IMG/VR virus record: IMGVR_UViG_3300043822_000021
Coordinates: 4,641 to 68,640 of that record
Source: a virus
Lineage: Duplodnaviria; Caudoviricetes
Direction: 5' to 3' (one strand)
Length of the DNA: 64,000 nucleotides
In this document: piece by piece, positions 1 to 8,885 of the stretch
Numbering within the stretch: the first letter of the stretch is position 1
Layout of the letters: every line of letters begins with the position of its first letter
Notes under the pieces: model-generated
Database searches by the model: none
What the model was told of the DNA's origin: nothing
Seen by the model: only the letters and a program-made list of their open reading frames with translations
Position numbers and translations under genes: made by a program

Positions 1-915
1 AGACGCCTGAGTTGCGGCTCCTGCCTCGCTGTCAGACGCACTGGATGCAGATGAAGCGGCGTTGGTTTCAGATAACTTTGCGGCATCAGCAGAGGCTTTA
101 GAATTACCTGCATATGTACCAGCCTGTGTTTCCGAAGCCTTGGCGTTCGTCTCACTAGTCTTAGCGGCTGTTGCCGATTTACTTGCGTTAGACGCCTGAG
201 TCGTAGCTGTGCTGGCTGAGGTAGCGGCACTGGTTTCCGATGCTTTAGCGTTCAGCTCAGAAGTATGTGCTTTGCTGGCACTATCCGCAGATGCAGTCTC
301 GCTAGCTTTTGCGTTGACTTCACTTGCTTTGGCGGCTGTCTCTGATGCTTTCGCTGTATCTAGTACCGTCTGGAAGTCTCTCTGGATGCTGACAGTTTTA
401 TTATAGTAATCTTCTGCGCTTTCAGCAGATTTGGCAGATTTCGCTTCACTTGCCAAAGCCCTTACGGCACTATCAGATGCCGATGTAGCACTAGCCGCCG
501 CTTCGTCCGCTTTAGTCGAGCTCACTTCTTCCGAAGATTTGGCGGCAGTCTCGCTATCCTTGGCATTTGTTTCGCTGAGTTTAGCCGCTACCTCAGACGC
601 TTTGGCATTTTCTGCAGAAGTTACCGCATTGGTCTCTGAAGTCTTCATATTCGTTTCAGATGTAAGAGCTTTATCGGCGGAACCTTTGGCGTTAGCCTCT
701 GAAATAGCCGCCTTCTTTGCAGATTCAGAAGCACTGGCAATAGAAGTAAGTTTACTTTTCTTCGTTTCCCCGTTTTCAAAGGTGGTCACGGCATTGCCAT
801 CATCATCCAGAGTAAAATCGGTAATAGATACGCCACGGTCTCCCTTTAGACCTTGGATAAAGTCAACTGCAGTAATGGCCTTGGGAATCTGTACTTCTAC
901 AATTTCTATATCCAT
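1..915 (-). CDS. Tail fibre protein with Ala/Ser-rich repeats (partial, runs off the left edge)
   Basis: Manual minus-strand translation from ATG at 915 (GGAGG RBS upstream) gives MDIEIVEVQIPKAITAVDFIQGLKGDRG followed by SETNAKASE-type repeats like lambda Stf. The frame is open to position 1. It is absent from the ORF track because there is no stop in the window. Confidence 0.8.
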   Translation of the reverse strand, partial: MDIEIVEVQIPKAITAVDFIQGLKGDRGVSITDFTLDDDGNAVTTFENGETKKSKLTSIASASESAKKAAISEANAKGSADKALTSETNMKTSETNAVTSAENAKASEVAAKLSETNAKDSETAAKSSEEVSSTKADEAAASATSASDSAVRALASEAKSAKSAESAEDYYNKTVSIQRDFQTVLDTAKASETAAKASEVNAKASETASADSASKAHTSELNAKASETSAATSASTATTQASNASKSATAAKTSETNAKASETQAGTYAGNSKASADAAKLSETNAASSASSASDSEAGAATQAS

Positions 916-924
916 TTAACCTCC

Positions 925-1305
925 TTAGTCGTAAGATACACCGGGAGATACATAACACTTACCGTTCAGGATACGGATAGTATCTCCGCCGGGGGCTGTG
1001 CCATATACGTCCCACACATATGATTCTGTGTCAGAATAGGTATCTCCGTCTGTAGGTATCTGTCCTGTTGCCGAGTCATCGAAGAATATCTCCATTAGGC
1101 CGTTGGGGGCATCAATAATATGGCAGTCTGCAACTGCTAACGCTTCGTCGCTATCCGCCGTCTCCCTGATTTTAGATTTAAAGGTATATCCAGTAATGTC
1201 CACTGGCGTAGTTTCGTCAGATCGTAATCGTAACTGTATCCTGAAGTCAGCCCCCTGATTAATCAGGATATCTTTAGTTACGGCTGTTTGCTTTATTTTT
1301 GCCAT
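925..1305 (-). CDS. BppU-like / tail-fibre attachment domain protein
   Basis: INQGADF...PVDITGYTFKSKIR...YVWDV pattern, typical of the Ig-like baseplate/fibre adaptor domain; directly upstream of the fibre gene. Confidence 0.6.
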   Translation of the reverse strand: MAKIKQTAVTKDILINQGADFRIQLRLRSDETTPVDITGYTFKSKIRETADSDEALAVADCHIIDAPNGLMEIFFDDSATGQIPTDGDTYSDTESYVWDVYGTAPGGDTIRILNGKCYVSPGVSYD

Positions 1306-1457
1306 TAGCCCTCCTTCAATATGTATAATTGTTCGAATATTTTTTTCGGCATTACCGTGATTTCCCCGGTATCTTTATCTTTGATAGAATAATCTCCATT
1401 ATCATTCACGGTAGCTTGAACTTCATACGGTTTCTGTACATAAGTTTTAAATTTCAT
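1305..1457 (-). CDS. Small hypothetical protein (50 aa, MKFKTYVQKPYEVQA...)
   Basis: Manual translation. AGGAGG RBS, fills the gap between two tail genes, and its stop overlaps the next start. Confidence 0.5.
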   Translation of the reverse strand: MKFKTYVQKPYEVQATVNDNGDYSIKDKDTGEITVMPKKIFEQLYILKEG

Positions 1458-1465
1458 ATGCCCTC

Positions 1466-3733
1466 CTAAGAAACAGTATAGTTAACGGTGTTAGGGTCTG
1501 TAGCAATAAATGCCACTTTACCCCGTTTCAATACGGTATCTTGGTCATTAGAGTATGATATTGATGTGATGGTAACGCCGGTACAAGCGTACTGTTGGCC
1601 ATTCCAATTGTCGCCCTGTTCGTCATCATAGGCTATTGTATAAAAATAGAATGTAAGACTTCCCCCTTGTGGAACTCTTAGCGATCCAGTCCAATCACAA
1701 GCGTCTTGCGTCGGGGCTGGGTACTCATTAACTGAAAAAATAGCCACTCGGCCAAAATCGGTTCTGGTGCCGTTGCTGTCAATGGTGTACATGTATGTTT
1801 GACCGTTAGTCAGCCCGGCTCTTTTATGTTTCTGTACGCCAGTATAGTCAAAATGTAAGGTCATCGTTAAATATGTAATAGTATCTATATATTTCCACGC
1901 CCCAGATTGGGCTTCTGTCTGCCAATTAGTATTGCTTTTAATATAATGACCATTACCCAATGCATTCCAACTTGTTAAAAACACGTTAGTTTTTACTGTT
2001 GAAGAACTGGAACCAGCACCAAGAACACTTTGACATCGCACATTAAATCCATTTGCTGATACATTGTAAGGGAAAACTTTTTGATAGATATTAACGTGTT
2101 CATAATTACTGTCACTTGTTTGTATTTCCATCGGTACAAGGATTACGCTAGGAGTAATATCCCATTTATTATTAAATTTTACATATTGACCATCACTGGC
2201 TGTGCCAGTACATAACCTACCAACAACCGAAAATGTATTTTTATTTGTGTCAACAAATGACATCCCATTACCATTAAATGTTACCTGCGACCCATTGGAA
2301 CAGTCGGTGGTTAACCCGTTTTCGTCCAGTGTAACGTTACCGCCTACGATTTTCAGGGCACCGGCCAGATTAATTGTATTAGCGGCTAGTTTATCAGCAG
2401 TTACAGCTCCTGATGTCAGTTTATCAGCAGTTACAGCACTAGCGCCTATAGAGTCAGCGGTCACGGCTCCGGTAGCAATCTTATCTGCTGTTACGGCATC
2501 GGCCTCGATTTTATCAGCAGTTACGGCATTGGTTGCTATCAATCCGGAGGTAATAGCATTGGCGGCAATATTCTCGGTAGTGATTGTACCTTCCTTAATT
2601 TTAGTGCCTACTACTTCATGGTCGCCGATATATTTGCCTACGATGACGCCATCATCAAATACAGTTTGGCTTGTTATATGTACAGCGTCCGGAGGAATTT
2701 CTTCCACTGTTCCTATTGTCTGCTCATTACTCCATACCCCTTCACCAAAGCAGTCATAGTAACAAGCTTTATAGGTGTATGACCCTGTAGAACAATAAAA
2801 ATTGAATGTATCGTCCTGACTATAATGTTTGTTGCCGTTGATAGAAATGCAGATGCCAATACAATCTTCTGGTATTTCAGAATAACTAAACTGCAACCCT
2901 TGATAGGTAGATATGGCGGTAATGCTTTGAGGAGCGGCTGGAACTGGTTTAGACCAATTCACCGTAACCGGTGTGGAGTATTTACTTCCGTATCCCTTGT
3001 TATACAGATAAGCCGTACCTTCACGCACAGGAGGCATTTTCGTAGATTTAGTATCCTGTGTTACTTCCAACAGGCCAACGGTACTCCCAACGTTCGTGTC
3101 TGTACGTAATTCGGAGTAAATATAGTCCAGATTCTTGCTCTGTCTCCACGTCCAGAGAACACCATCACGGTTGAAGTATACGGAGAAGTCCGTAGGTGGG
3201 TCTGGGACATTATTCAGGGCATTGACGGAATATATCAGTACCGGATTTCCAGAAGCTTCTGATACTGTACCAAGGTTATTTTTACCTTGGAATCTGATTT
3301 GATATGTATACCCGGCATTAATTCCATCAACGGTATATGTATTCGTCTTAGTTGTGCGGATTTCTCTTGATACCGCTATGTCATCCCAGTTAATGACCTC
3401 ATTGCCATCGCTTTTCTTTTCCTTGATATATATTTCACAGGATTCATAGTTCTTGATGTCGGAATAATCCCATGTAAGTATCAGGGAGATAGCCGTGCCC
3501 ACACGTACTTCCTGCACCTTGCAGTTCTTAATCTGTTCGTTTGTAGTGTCGGGGGTGTCTGTAACCGCATTTGCTATCTTGCTGATATACTCGAATTTTT
3601 CGTTCAGCTCGTCGGCGATGGTTCCCAGTGATTTCTTTAAGAGGAATATAAAGTTCTGGCCATTCCCATTCAGGGAGTTCGGCAATTTATTAAAAAGGTC
3701 TGATAATGCTTCTGATATCTTCTCGTTAGCCAT
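1466..3733 (-). CDS. Tail spike / host-specificity protein (fibronectin type III domains, AVTADKI repeats)
   Basis: 755 aa. FN3-like segments (LTWDY...YTVDGINAGYTYQIRF; PDPPTDF), about 8 copies of a 10-aa AVTADK(I/L) repeat, and a divergent C-terminus. Confidence 0.7.
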   Translation of the reverse strand: MANEKISEALSDLFNKLPNSLNGNGQNFIFLLKKSLGTIADELNEKFEYISKIANAVTDTPDTTNEQIKNCKVQEVRVGTAISLILTWDYSDIKNYESCEIYIKEKKSDGNEVINWDDIAVSREIRTTKTNTYTVDGINAGYTYQIRFQGKNNLGTVSEASGNPVLIYSVNALNNVPDPPTDFSVYFNRDGVLWTWRQSKNLDYIYSELRTDTNVGSTVGLLEVTQDTKSTKMPPVREGTAYLYNKGYGSKYSTPVTVNWSKPVPAAPQSITAISTYQGLQFSYSEIPEDCIGICISINGNKHYSQDDTFNFYCSTGSYTYKACYYDCFGEGVWSNEQTIGTVEEIPPDAVHITSQTVFDDGVIVGKYIGDHEVVGTKIKEGTITTENIAANAITSGLIATNAVTADKIEADAVTADKIATGAVTADSIGASAVTADKLTSGAVTADKLAANTINLAGALKIVGGNVTLDENGLTTDCSNGSQVTFNGNGMSFVDTNKNTFSVVGRLCTGTASDGQYVKFNNKWDITPSVILVPMEIQTSDSNYEHVNIYQKVFPYNVSANGFNVRCQSVLGAGSSSSTVKTNVFLTSWNALGNGHYIKSNTNWQTEAQSGAWKYIDTITYLTMTLHFDYTGVQKHKRAGLTNGQTYMYTIDSNGTRTDFGRVAIFSVNEYPAPTQDACDWTGSLRVPQGGSLTFYFYTIAYDDEQGDNWNGQQYACTGVTITSISYSNDQDTVLKRGKVAFIATDPNTVNYTVS

Positions 3734-3742
3734 TCAAACCTC

Positions 3743-4201
3743 CTAGATTAAATTAATAATAGCCTGTGCAAAGTCAGATTCCGTCTGCATATCAAACCCA
3801 TGGTTACTCATAGCCAGAATAATCATTATCTGTGTAGCCAAATCCAACAACCCCCAATTGGTAATTGGCAGTTCGCTATTCTCGTCTTTGATAAGAGGAA
3901 ATTTACGAAAATATCGGAGCGTCTTCGGCAATTTACCATAACATTCCAATTTACCATTACGGACTACAACGGGGGCCTGATTCGTAAACTGATAAAAGTC
4001 AGCAGGTACATCAGTCTGTTCGGCTGTTAGTGTGATATCCCCGATTACTTCGTGGTATTTCTGCTGAATCAGTACGTGCCAGATAAAATCCATGGCATCA
4101 TTCAGGTATGCTACAAGTTCAGCAGTATCATATCCAGTTTCTAGGCTGTCACTGAGCCGCTCCTTGACCGCCGCCTGACTGAGAAGTTCCTTCACTGTCA
4201 C
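3743..4201 (-). CDS. Head-tail adaptor-like protein (paralog 3)
   Basis: N-terminal helix, then ELVAYLNDAMDFI, then a DVPADF motif shared with the two neighbours; lies between capsid and tail genes. Confidence 0.55.
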   Translation of the reverse strand: MTVKELLSQAAVKERLSDSLETGYDTAELVAYLNDAMDFIWHVLIQQKYHEVIGDITLTAEQTDVPADFYQFTNQAPVVVRNGKLECYGKLPKTLRYFRKFPLIKDENSELPITNWGLLDLATQIMIILAMSNHGFDMQTESDFAQAIINLI

Positions 4202-4628
4202 TTGAACCGCCTCCTTTTATTTCTTTAATTGTCATCCGCATCAACCTGTTACAATGTGTGCCTGTACGAAAGGGGATTATATCCGTAAGACTGGTAACGT
4301 GTGGCTTATATGCGAAATATTTAAGAGTGGAGTTTTCGCCGTCCCATTCGCTATCAATAGGGGAAATTGTCGTTACGTTATTTTCATCCGTATTGTACAG
4401 AAGAGCAAATTGCCCCTGCCAAGCAATAAAGTCATCTGGTAGGGGAATACCGTTGGCAGTCAGCGCCACCGTCTTCAATAGCTCCGGATCGTAACTGTTG
4501 GCCATATCTATACAAATATCATCTATTGCATCGTTAAGACAGTGAATAAGTTCTTCATCGGAGAATGTTACTTTCTGCATATCCCCCAATCTCTGCCTAA
4601 CCAGAACCAGCATTTCATTTACTGTCAT
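4149..4628 (-). CDS. Head-tail adaptor-like protein (paralog 2)
   Basis: VRQRLGD...FSDEELIHCLNDAIDDI...PLPDDF motif of podovirus adaptor proteins. Confidence 0.6.
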   Translation of the reverse strand: MTVNEMLVLVRQRLGDMQKVTFSDEELIHCLNDAIDDICIDMANSYDPELLKTVALTANGIPLPDDFIAWQGQFALLYNTDENNVTTISPIDSEWDGENSTLKYFAYKPHVTSLTDIIPFRTGTHCNRLMRMTIKEIKGGGSSDSEGTSQSGGGQGAAQ

Positions 4629-4642
4629 CTATTCCACCACCT

Positions 4643-5182
4643 TTAGCACCAGAATTCCATGGGACGTTCGATAACAGGATAATTGGATGACTGGGCTATA
4701 TTTTCTATTTCTTCCGAAATAAGACTATCCAGCCCGCCTTTGCCGATAGAGCCATCGAGTAGGCCCGTAGCATACCGGATAAACAACTGCAAAAATATTG
4801 CCGGTAAATCAATCTCATCTTCCATGGAAGTAACGGAATCAATAATGAAGTAATAATCCATCTTACTGGCTGTATCATCTATATATAAGGTGTTTTTAAC
4901 AATTCGGAAATCACCTGTGTATTCTAAATTTTCCTGCCCATCTTTAGTGGCATACATGCGTTTCATTTTTATAAAGTCGTTTGGCAATGTCGCTTTGCCG
5001 TTTTTTACTTTTAGCGATGTCTCTTTTACTATCCAGTTCGATTCACGATTAATCAGAAGCATATTGACTACACGTAATACTGCATTAATCGCTTCTAATA
5101 ATTCCGGGTCTGAATGTTTTCTTGCGTACATCTCACCCAGATTGAACAGGACAGCAGTAGCTATTTCCTGTACTCTAATCAT
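4643..5182 (-). CDS. Head-tail adaptor-like protein (paralog 1)
   Basis: HSDPELLEAINAVLRVV...TLPNDFIKM motif; immediately downstream of the capsid cluster. Confidence 0.6.
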   Translation of the reverse strand: MIRVQEIATAVLFNLGEMYARKHSDPELLEAINAVLRVVNMLLINRESNWIVKETSLKVKNGKATLPNDFIKMKRMYATKDGQENLEYTGDFRIVKNTLYIDDTASKMDYYFIIDSVTSMEDEIDLPAIFLQLFIRYATGLLDGSIGKGGLDSLISEEIENIAQSSNYPVIERPMEFWC

Positions 5183-5517
5183 TCACTGACTCCTTTGCGT
5201 GCCCCCGGAGTATAACACCGGAATTCTGGATTCTTCCAGAGCCATTTATCCATCCATTTCTTAGCTTCTACGTCATCTTTCCCCCGGAGATTGGAATACA
5301 TCTTCAATTCGTAATCAGTAAGGAATCGTGCTCTGGGAATACGTGCCAGACGTTTGGCTTTCCCACCTTCTATATTTTCAGAGCCGGGATTCATACGATC
5401 CAGATAACATGCCTTCATTACCTGATATTCGTCCCATGTATGAGTTATTCTGAATTCTCCGGTTTTCTCGTCTATTTCTACATCGCTATGCATAATAGCC
5501 ATATATTCCACCCCCAA
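5179..5517 (-). CDS. Hypothetical virion-associated protein
   Basis: 112-aa ORF following the major capsid gene, ending in the W...NPEFR motif common after SU10-type capsid genes. Confidence 0.6.
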   Translation of the reverse strand: MGVEYMAIMHSDVEIDEKTGEFRITHTWDEYQVMKACYLDRMNPGSENIEGGKAKRLARIPRARFLTDYELKMYSNLRGKDDVEAKKWMDKWLWKNPEFRCYTPGARKGVSE

Positions 5518-5520
5518 GAT

Positions 5521-5552
5521 AAAAAAAATAAGGGGCTGTGCGAGACAGCCCC
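5521..5552 (-). terminator. Intrinsic terminator after the major capsid gene
   Basis: GGGGCTGT/ACAGCCCC stem followed on the minus strand by a T-run. Confidence 0.75.
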
Positions 5553-5559
5553 AAATAAG

Positions 5560-6732
5560 TTAGCCAGTGATTCCTTTGATACGGCCAGAAGCGATAGGTG
5601 CAGTACATTCCAGAGTAGCGGCACCGGTGATGACCTTCTGACGATAACTACCAGTACGGGGCGGATTTTCCGTATGGAACGGAATGAGATAACCTAATTT
5701 CCAATACTGATATTCAAAGAAGTCTACTACGTCATCAGTATACATACGATGAGCGTTAACATCGACACGACCGAAGTCCGTTTCCAGTACGTCAACAACT
5801 TCGACCAATTCTTTATCAGCCATCGGACGAGTCTTGGTAACACCCTGAGTCATGCCGGAAATAGCTCGTTTATTCTTGCCAGAGCAAACGATAGAATCAA
5901 CGGAACCGCCACGCTTCCAGACACACTGGAGCAGGTCGTTAATCTTATCGAATGTCAGCTTACCTGCATCAGCAGTATAGGCACCTGCATCAATAACGTT
6001 CTGGTTCGTAATGAACATAGTGCTTGCGCCGACGGAAGTGCTAGGCTTAATTACAGTCTTAGCACGAGCGGTGTCGTCCATCATAGTCTGCTGAGGAGTA
6101 GCATGAAGTTCGAAAGTATCTCCGGTCAGAACATGTGCATAATACGGTGTATTTGCTTTAAAGTTCTTGTCCAGTGTACCGGACAGGATTACCGGGTCGC
6201 CGTCGAACAGTTCGTGGTCAGTTACCGTGAATACACCGGCAGTAGTAACACTCGCTACAGGCTTAGTCTGGCTCAGGAAGTACGCTACGCCACCGAAACG
6301 GGCAGGAACACCAGAGGATTCCGGTTTTGCCTCTGCGTTGTTAACAATAGCGTATTCAAGGTCACGAGCAGTTTCCTTACCGCACTTAACAAACTGATAA
6401 GAAAGTTCGTCACGGACACCGTATTTCTTGATAGCCTGAGTGGTATCAGATACAGAGTAACCGTTTTCGAAGTTCTGTACATAGTTTGCAGAGCGAGTAC
6501 GAGGACGGGCCTTTTCAGCACCGAAGTCACGTACTTCGACCTGAGCATTGTCACGGGCAGGACGAAGGTTATCGTTCAGCCATTCATGCTTTGTATTAGT
6601 TACCGTAGTACGGCCAAATTTATTAGTTAAAAAAGTTTCATCGGGGTCAAGAGATGTAATGAAATCAGTGACATCCTGTACGCTACCTACAACCTCGCCA
6701 CTTCGGGTGGCGACGGATTTAAATTCTGCCAT
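5560..6732 (-). CDS. Major capsid protein, SU10/DUF5309 type, with an inserted domain
   Basis: DFITSLDPDETF...KHEWLNDNL, NYVQNF...VSDT, ELSYQ...KETARDLEYA, TDFG and E(A/C)TLE motifs of the HK97-fold SU10 family; follows the scaffold gene. Confidence 0.9.
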   Translation of the reverse strand: MAEFKSVATRSGEVVGSVQDVTDFITSLDPDETFLTNKFGRTTVTNTKHEWLNDNLRPARDNAQVEVRDFGAEKARPRTRSANYVQNFENGYSVSDTTQAIKKYGVRDELSYQFVKCGKETARDLEYAIVNNAEAKPESSGVPARFGGVAYFLSQTKPVASVTTAGVFTVTDHELFDGDPVILSGTLDKNFKANTPYYAHVLTGDTFELHATPQQTMMDDTARAKTVIKPSTSVGASTMFITNQNVIDAGAYTADAGKLTFDKINDLLQCVWKRGGSVDSIVCSGKNKRAISGMTQGVTKTRPMADKELVEVVDVLETDFGRVDVNAHRMYTDDVVDFFEYQYWKLGYLIPFHTENPPRTGSYRQKVITGAATLECTAPIASGRIKGITG

Positions 6733-6745
6733 TCGTTCAACTCCT

Positions 6746-7810
6746 TTATGCTAAATGGAACTTGGAGGCAATCTGTGCCTGCTGTTCCAAAGTCAACCTT
6801 CCTAATTTAGAATAATTCAGAGACGGTTTAACCTCTTTTTCTTCCCGCTTTACGCCAGTCGATTCCACATAAGGCGGTTTCGGTTTCTGGGTAACGGGAT
6901 TACTCTGCTGAGGAACTGCCTGTCTGGAGATTTCGTTTGCCGGGACGTAACCACGACTGCGGTAATACAAATCACGGCAATCTGCCATATAGGCATCAAT
7001 AGTCTTCGTATCATAATCTCGTAATGCCTGTTCAATTTTCAGGGCTTCACGATGCGGCAACTGCTGTAATCTCTGCGAAGCGAACTCGTCGATTTCCTTG
7101 ATGTTCTTGTCCTGTGCATACTTATCATATACGGCTTTAAAGTTGCGTTGAGCAACGTTACGTTCGTATACTGCCGCTTTGATAGTAGCAACTTCGTCGG
7201 CAAGGGCAACCTGATGCACTGGATTGTACTCATCGTATTCCGTGCCCAGACGTTTTTCGACGTTGCGTTTTGCATAGTCAGCTAACTGCTGATAATACGA
7301 AGCGGTGTTCTGCTGTTCCTGCTCTGGCGTAGGCTGTGCAGGTTGTCCCTGAGGGTAGGGGTTCTGCTGTGCCTGTGCATTATACTGCGGAGGCTGAGTC
7401 TGACTGAGCTGTCTGCGCTGGTCGGCTAATTCCTGTGTTTTTCTTGTGTAGTCCGCCTGCCGCATGTATCCCTTCTGTAATTCGTCCAGAGTTACCTGCT
7501 GTTGAACACCATCGACTGTGACTGTGTATGTCTGCGGCTGTGCCTGAGACTGAGACGTTTGTTCTTCCGGAGTTTCAGTCGGCTGTACGGGCTCGTCCTC
7601 TTCTTCGGGAGAGTACATCATCATGTCATCGAATGCGTGGTCATCAAAGATAACGTTGCCATCCGCATCAATTTTCATATCATAGTCGTCATTTGAACCA
7701 CTGGAGTCCTCTACGGGTTGTTCCGTGGGTTCTGTATTATTAGGCTCTGGCATATTGCCATCACCGAATAATTGAAAATCAAATTTAAACCCTTTCTTTT
7801 CTTCTTCCAT
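6746..7810 (-). CDS. Capsid scaffolding protein
   Basis: Acidic, Q/P-rich N-terminus with FDFQLFGD and the VTLDELQKGYMRQADYTRKTQELA scaffold signature; directly upstream of the MCP. Confidence 0.8.
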   Translation of the reverse strand: MEEEKKGFKFDFQLFGDGNMPEPNNTEPTEQPVEDSSGSNDDYDMKIDADGNVIFDDHAFDDMMMYSPEEEDEPVQPTETPEEQTSQSQAQPQTYTVTVDGVQQQVTLDELQKGYMRQADYTRKTQELADQRRQLSQTQPPQYNAQAQQNPYPQGQPAQPTPEQEQQNTASYYQQLADYAKRNVEKRLGTEYDEYNPVHQVALADEVATIKAAVYERNVAQRNFKAVYDKYAQDKNIKEIDEFASQRLQQLPHREALKIEQALRDYDTKTIDAYMADCRDLYYRSRGYVPANEISRQAVPQQSNPVTQKPKPPYVESTGVKREEKEVKPSLNYSKLGRLTLEQQAQIASKFHLA

Positions 7811-7872
7811 GTATTTCCTCCTTCACTCCCTGCAATCAGGGTTGGTGAATATTACCTAGCATATTTAATTTC

Positions 7873-8853
7873 TTATAGTGGGCCTCCACCCATATTGTAA
7901 TAATCAGGATAATCAACGGCGGGTGCTTCAGCGCCTACGCCGGGGACTCCATATTTATTTACTAGTGGCACCGGGTTTGGATACAAAGTATCTGCTGATA
8001 TATAAGGAGTATTAAATTCATATGTACCTTCATCAGAACCATCGCCGCCGTAATCACCGGTGTCACTAGAATCATCATATGAATCTGACTGGGAAGCGGC
8101 TAACTGCTGTGCAAGTGCCGCCTGTCTGGCCTGTTCTGCATGATATGCAGTCCAATCACGAGATGCCTGTGTCGGTTCCCACGCCCCGGTATTAGTAAGA
8201 GCCTGAGCCGCCTGCCAGTTAAAGTTCCTGCCCATGTAGTCTTTAATCATGGCTTCATCCCAGTCCGGGTGAATCTGTTTAAGTCTGGCGACGTTCCACT
8301 GCAGAGCTAACTCCGGGTTTGCATTAGGGTTCATCATAGAACTACCATCGCCCAAATCCGTGGTCTGTCTCTGAATAGCCGGATTAATATACGGGGTAAG
8401 CTGTGCTTCCGGGCGGTTATGGAGAATCTTATACACATTCTGGTACACATTCAGTCCAGAACCGCTTGTGGCATCCTTATTCTGTGCTTCAGACAAACCT
8501 TTATAGTAATTATCCAGATCACTCTGATTATATACTGTAGGATTGCTATACTGATACTTCGGTACAAATCCAGTATCCTGTGCCCCGAAACTAGGGTTCT
8601 GCGGCATATACCCCTGACGAGCCTTCTGGATGTACGGATTATTCAGCTCCTTACTCTGCTGTTCTGCATCAGAAATAACCTGCGGAGGGGCAGAATTTGC
8701 AGGGGCCTGAGCTTTAGCCTCATTCATTCCATCCTGATACTGTTGCCAGTAATTGCCATTAGTCTGGCTGAACGGGACATTCTGGCCATTATTCTGGGGC
8801 TGATTATCCCCGCTATACTTACTCTTGTAAGTAATATTTGTTTTCTTTGACAT
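7873..8853 (-). CDS. Q/N-rich hypothetical (possible internal virion protein)
   Basis: 326-aa low-complexity ORF between portal and scaffold; shares motifs with 8886-9698. Confidence 0.6.
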   Translation of the reverse strand: MSKKTNITYKSKYSGDNQPQNNGQNVPFSQTNGNYWQQYQDGMNEAKAQAPANSAPPQVISDAEQQSKELNNPYIQKARQGYMPQNPSFGAQDTGFVPKYQYSNPTVYNQSDLDNYYKGLSEAQNKDATSGSGLNVYQNVYKILHNRPEAQLTPYINPAIQRQTTDLGDGSSMMNPNANPELALQWNVARLKQIHPDWDEAMIKDYMGRNFNWQAAQALTNTGAWEPTQASRDWTAYHAEQARQAALAQQLAASQSDSYDDSSDTGDYGGDGSDEGTYEFNTPYISADTLYPNPVPLVNKYGVPGVGAEAPAVDYPDYYNMGGGPL

Positions 8854-8885
8854 TCATTACCTCCAATATTAATTGTTGCCTGTGG

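Noticed and set aside
209-919. Plus-strand Ala/Ser/Leu-rich ORFs 209-406 and 431-919
   Set aside because: They are antisense shadows of the repetitive tail-fibre gene on the minus strand, with no RBS.
1466-2200. Variable C-terminus of the tail protein as a diversity-generating retroelement target
   Set aside because: No reverse transcriptase or template repeat was seen in the window.
2202-2759. 185-aa plus-strand ORF with SAVTA repeats
   Set aside because: It mirrors the AVTADK repeats of the minus-strand tail protein.
5749-6630. 293-aa plus-strand ORF
   Set aside because: It lies wholly antisense to the major capsid gene, with no recognisable motifs or RBS.
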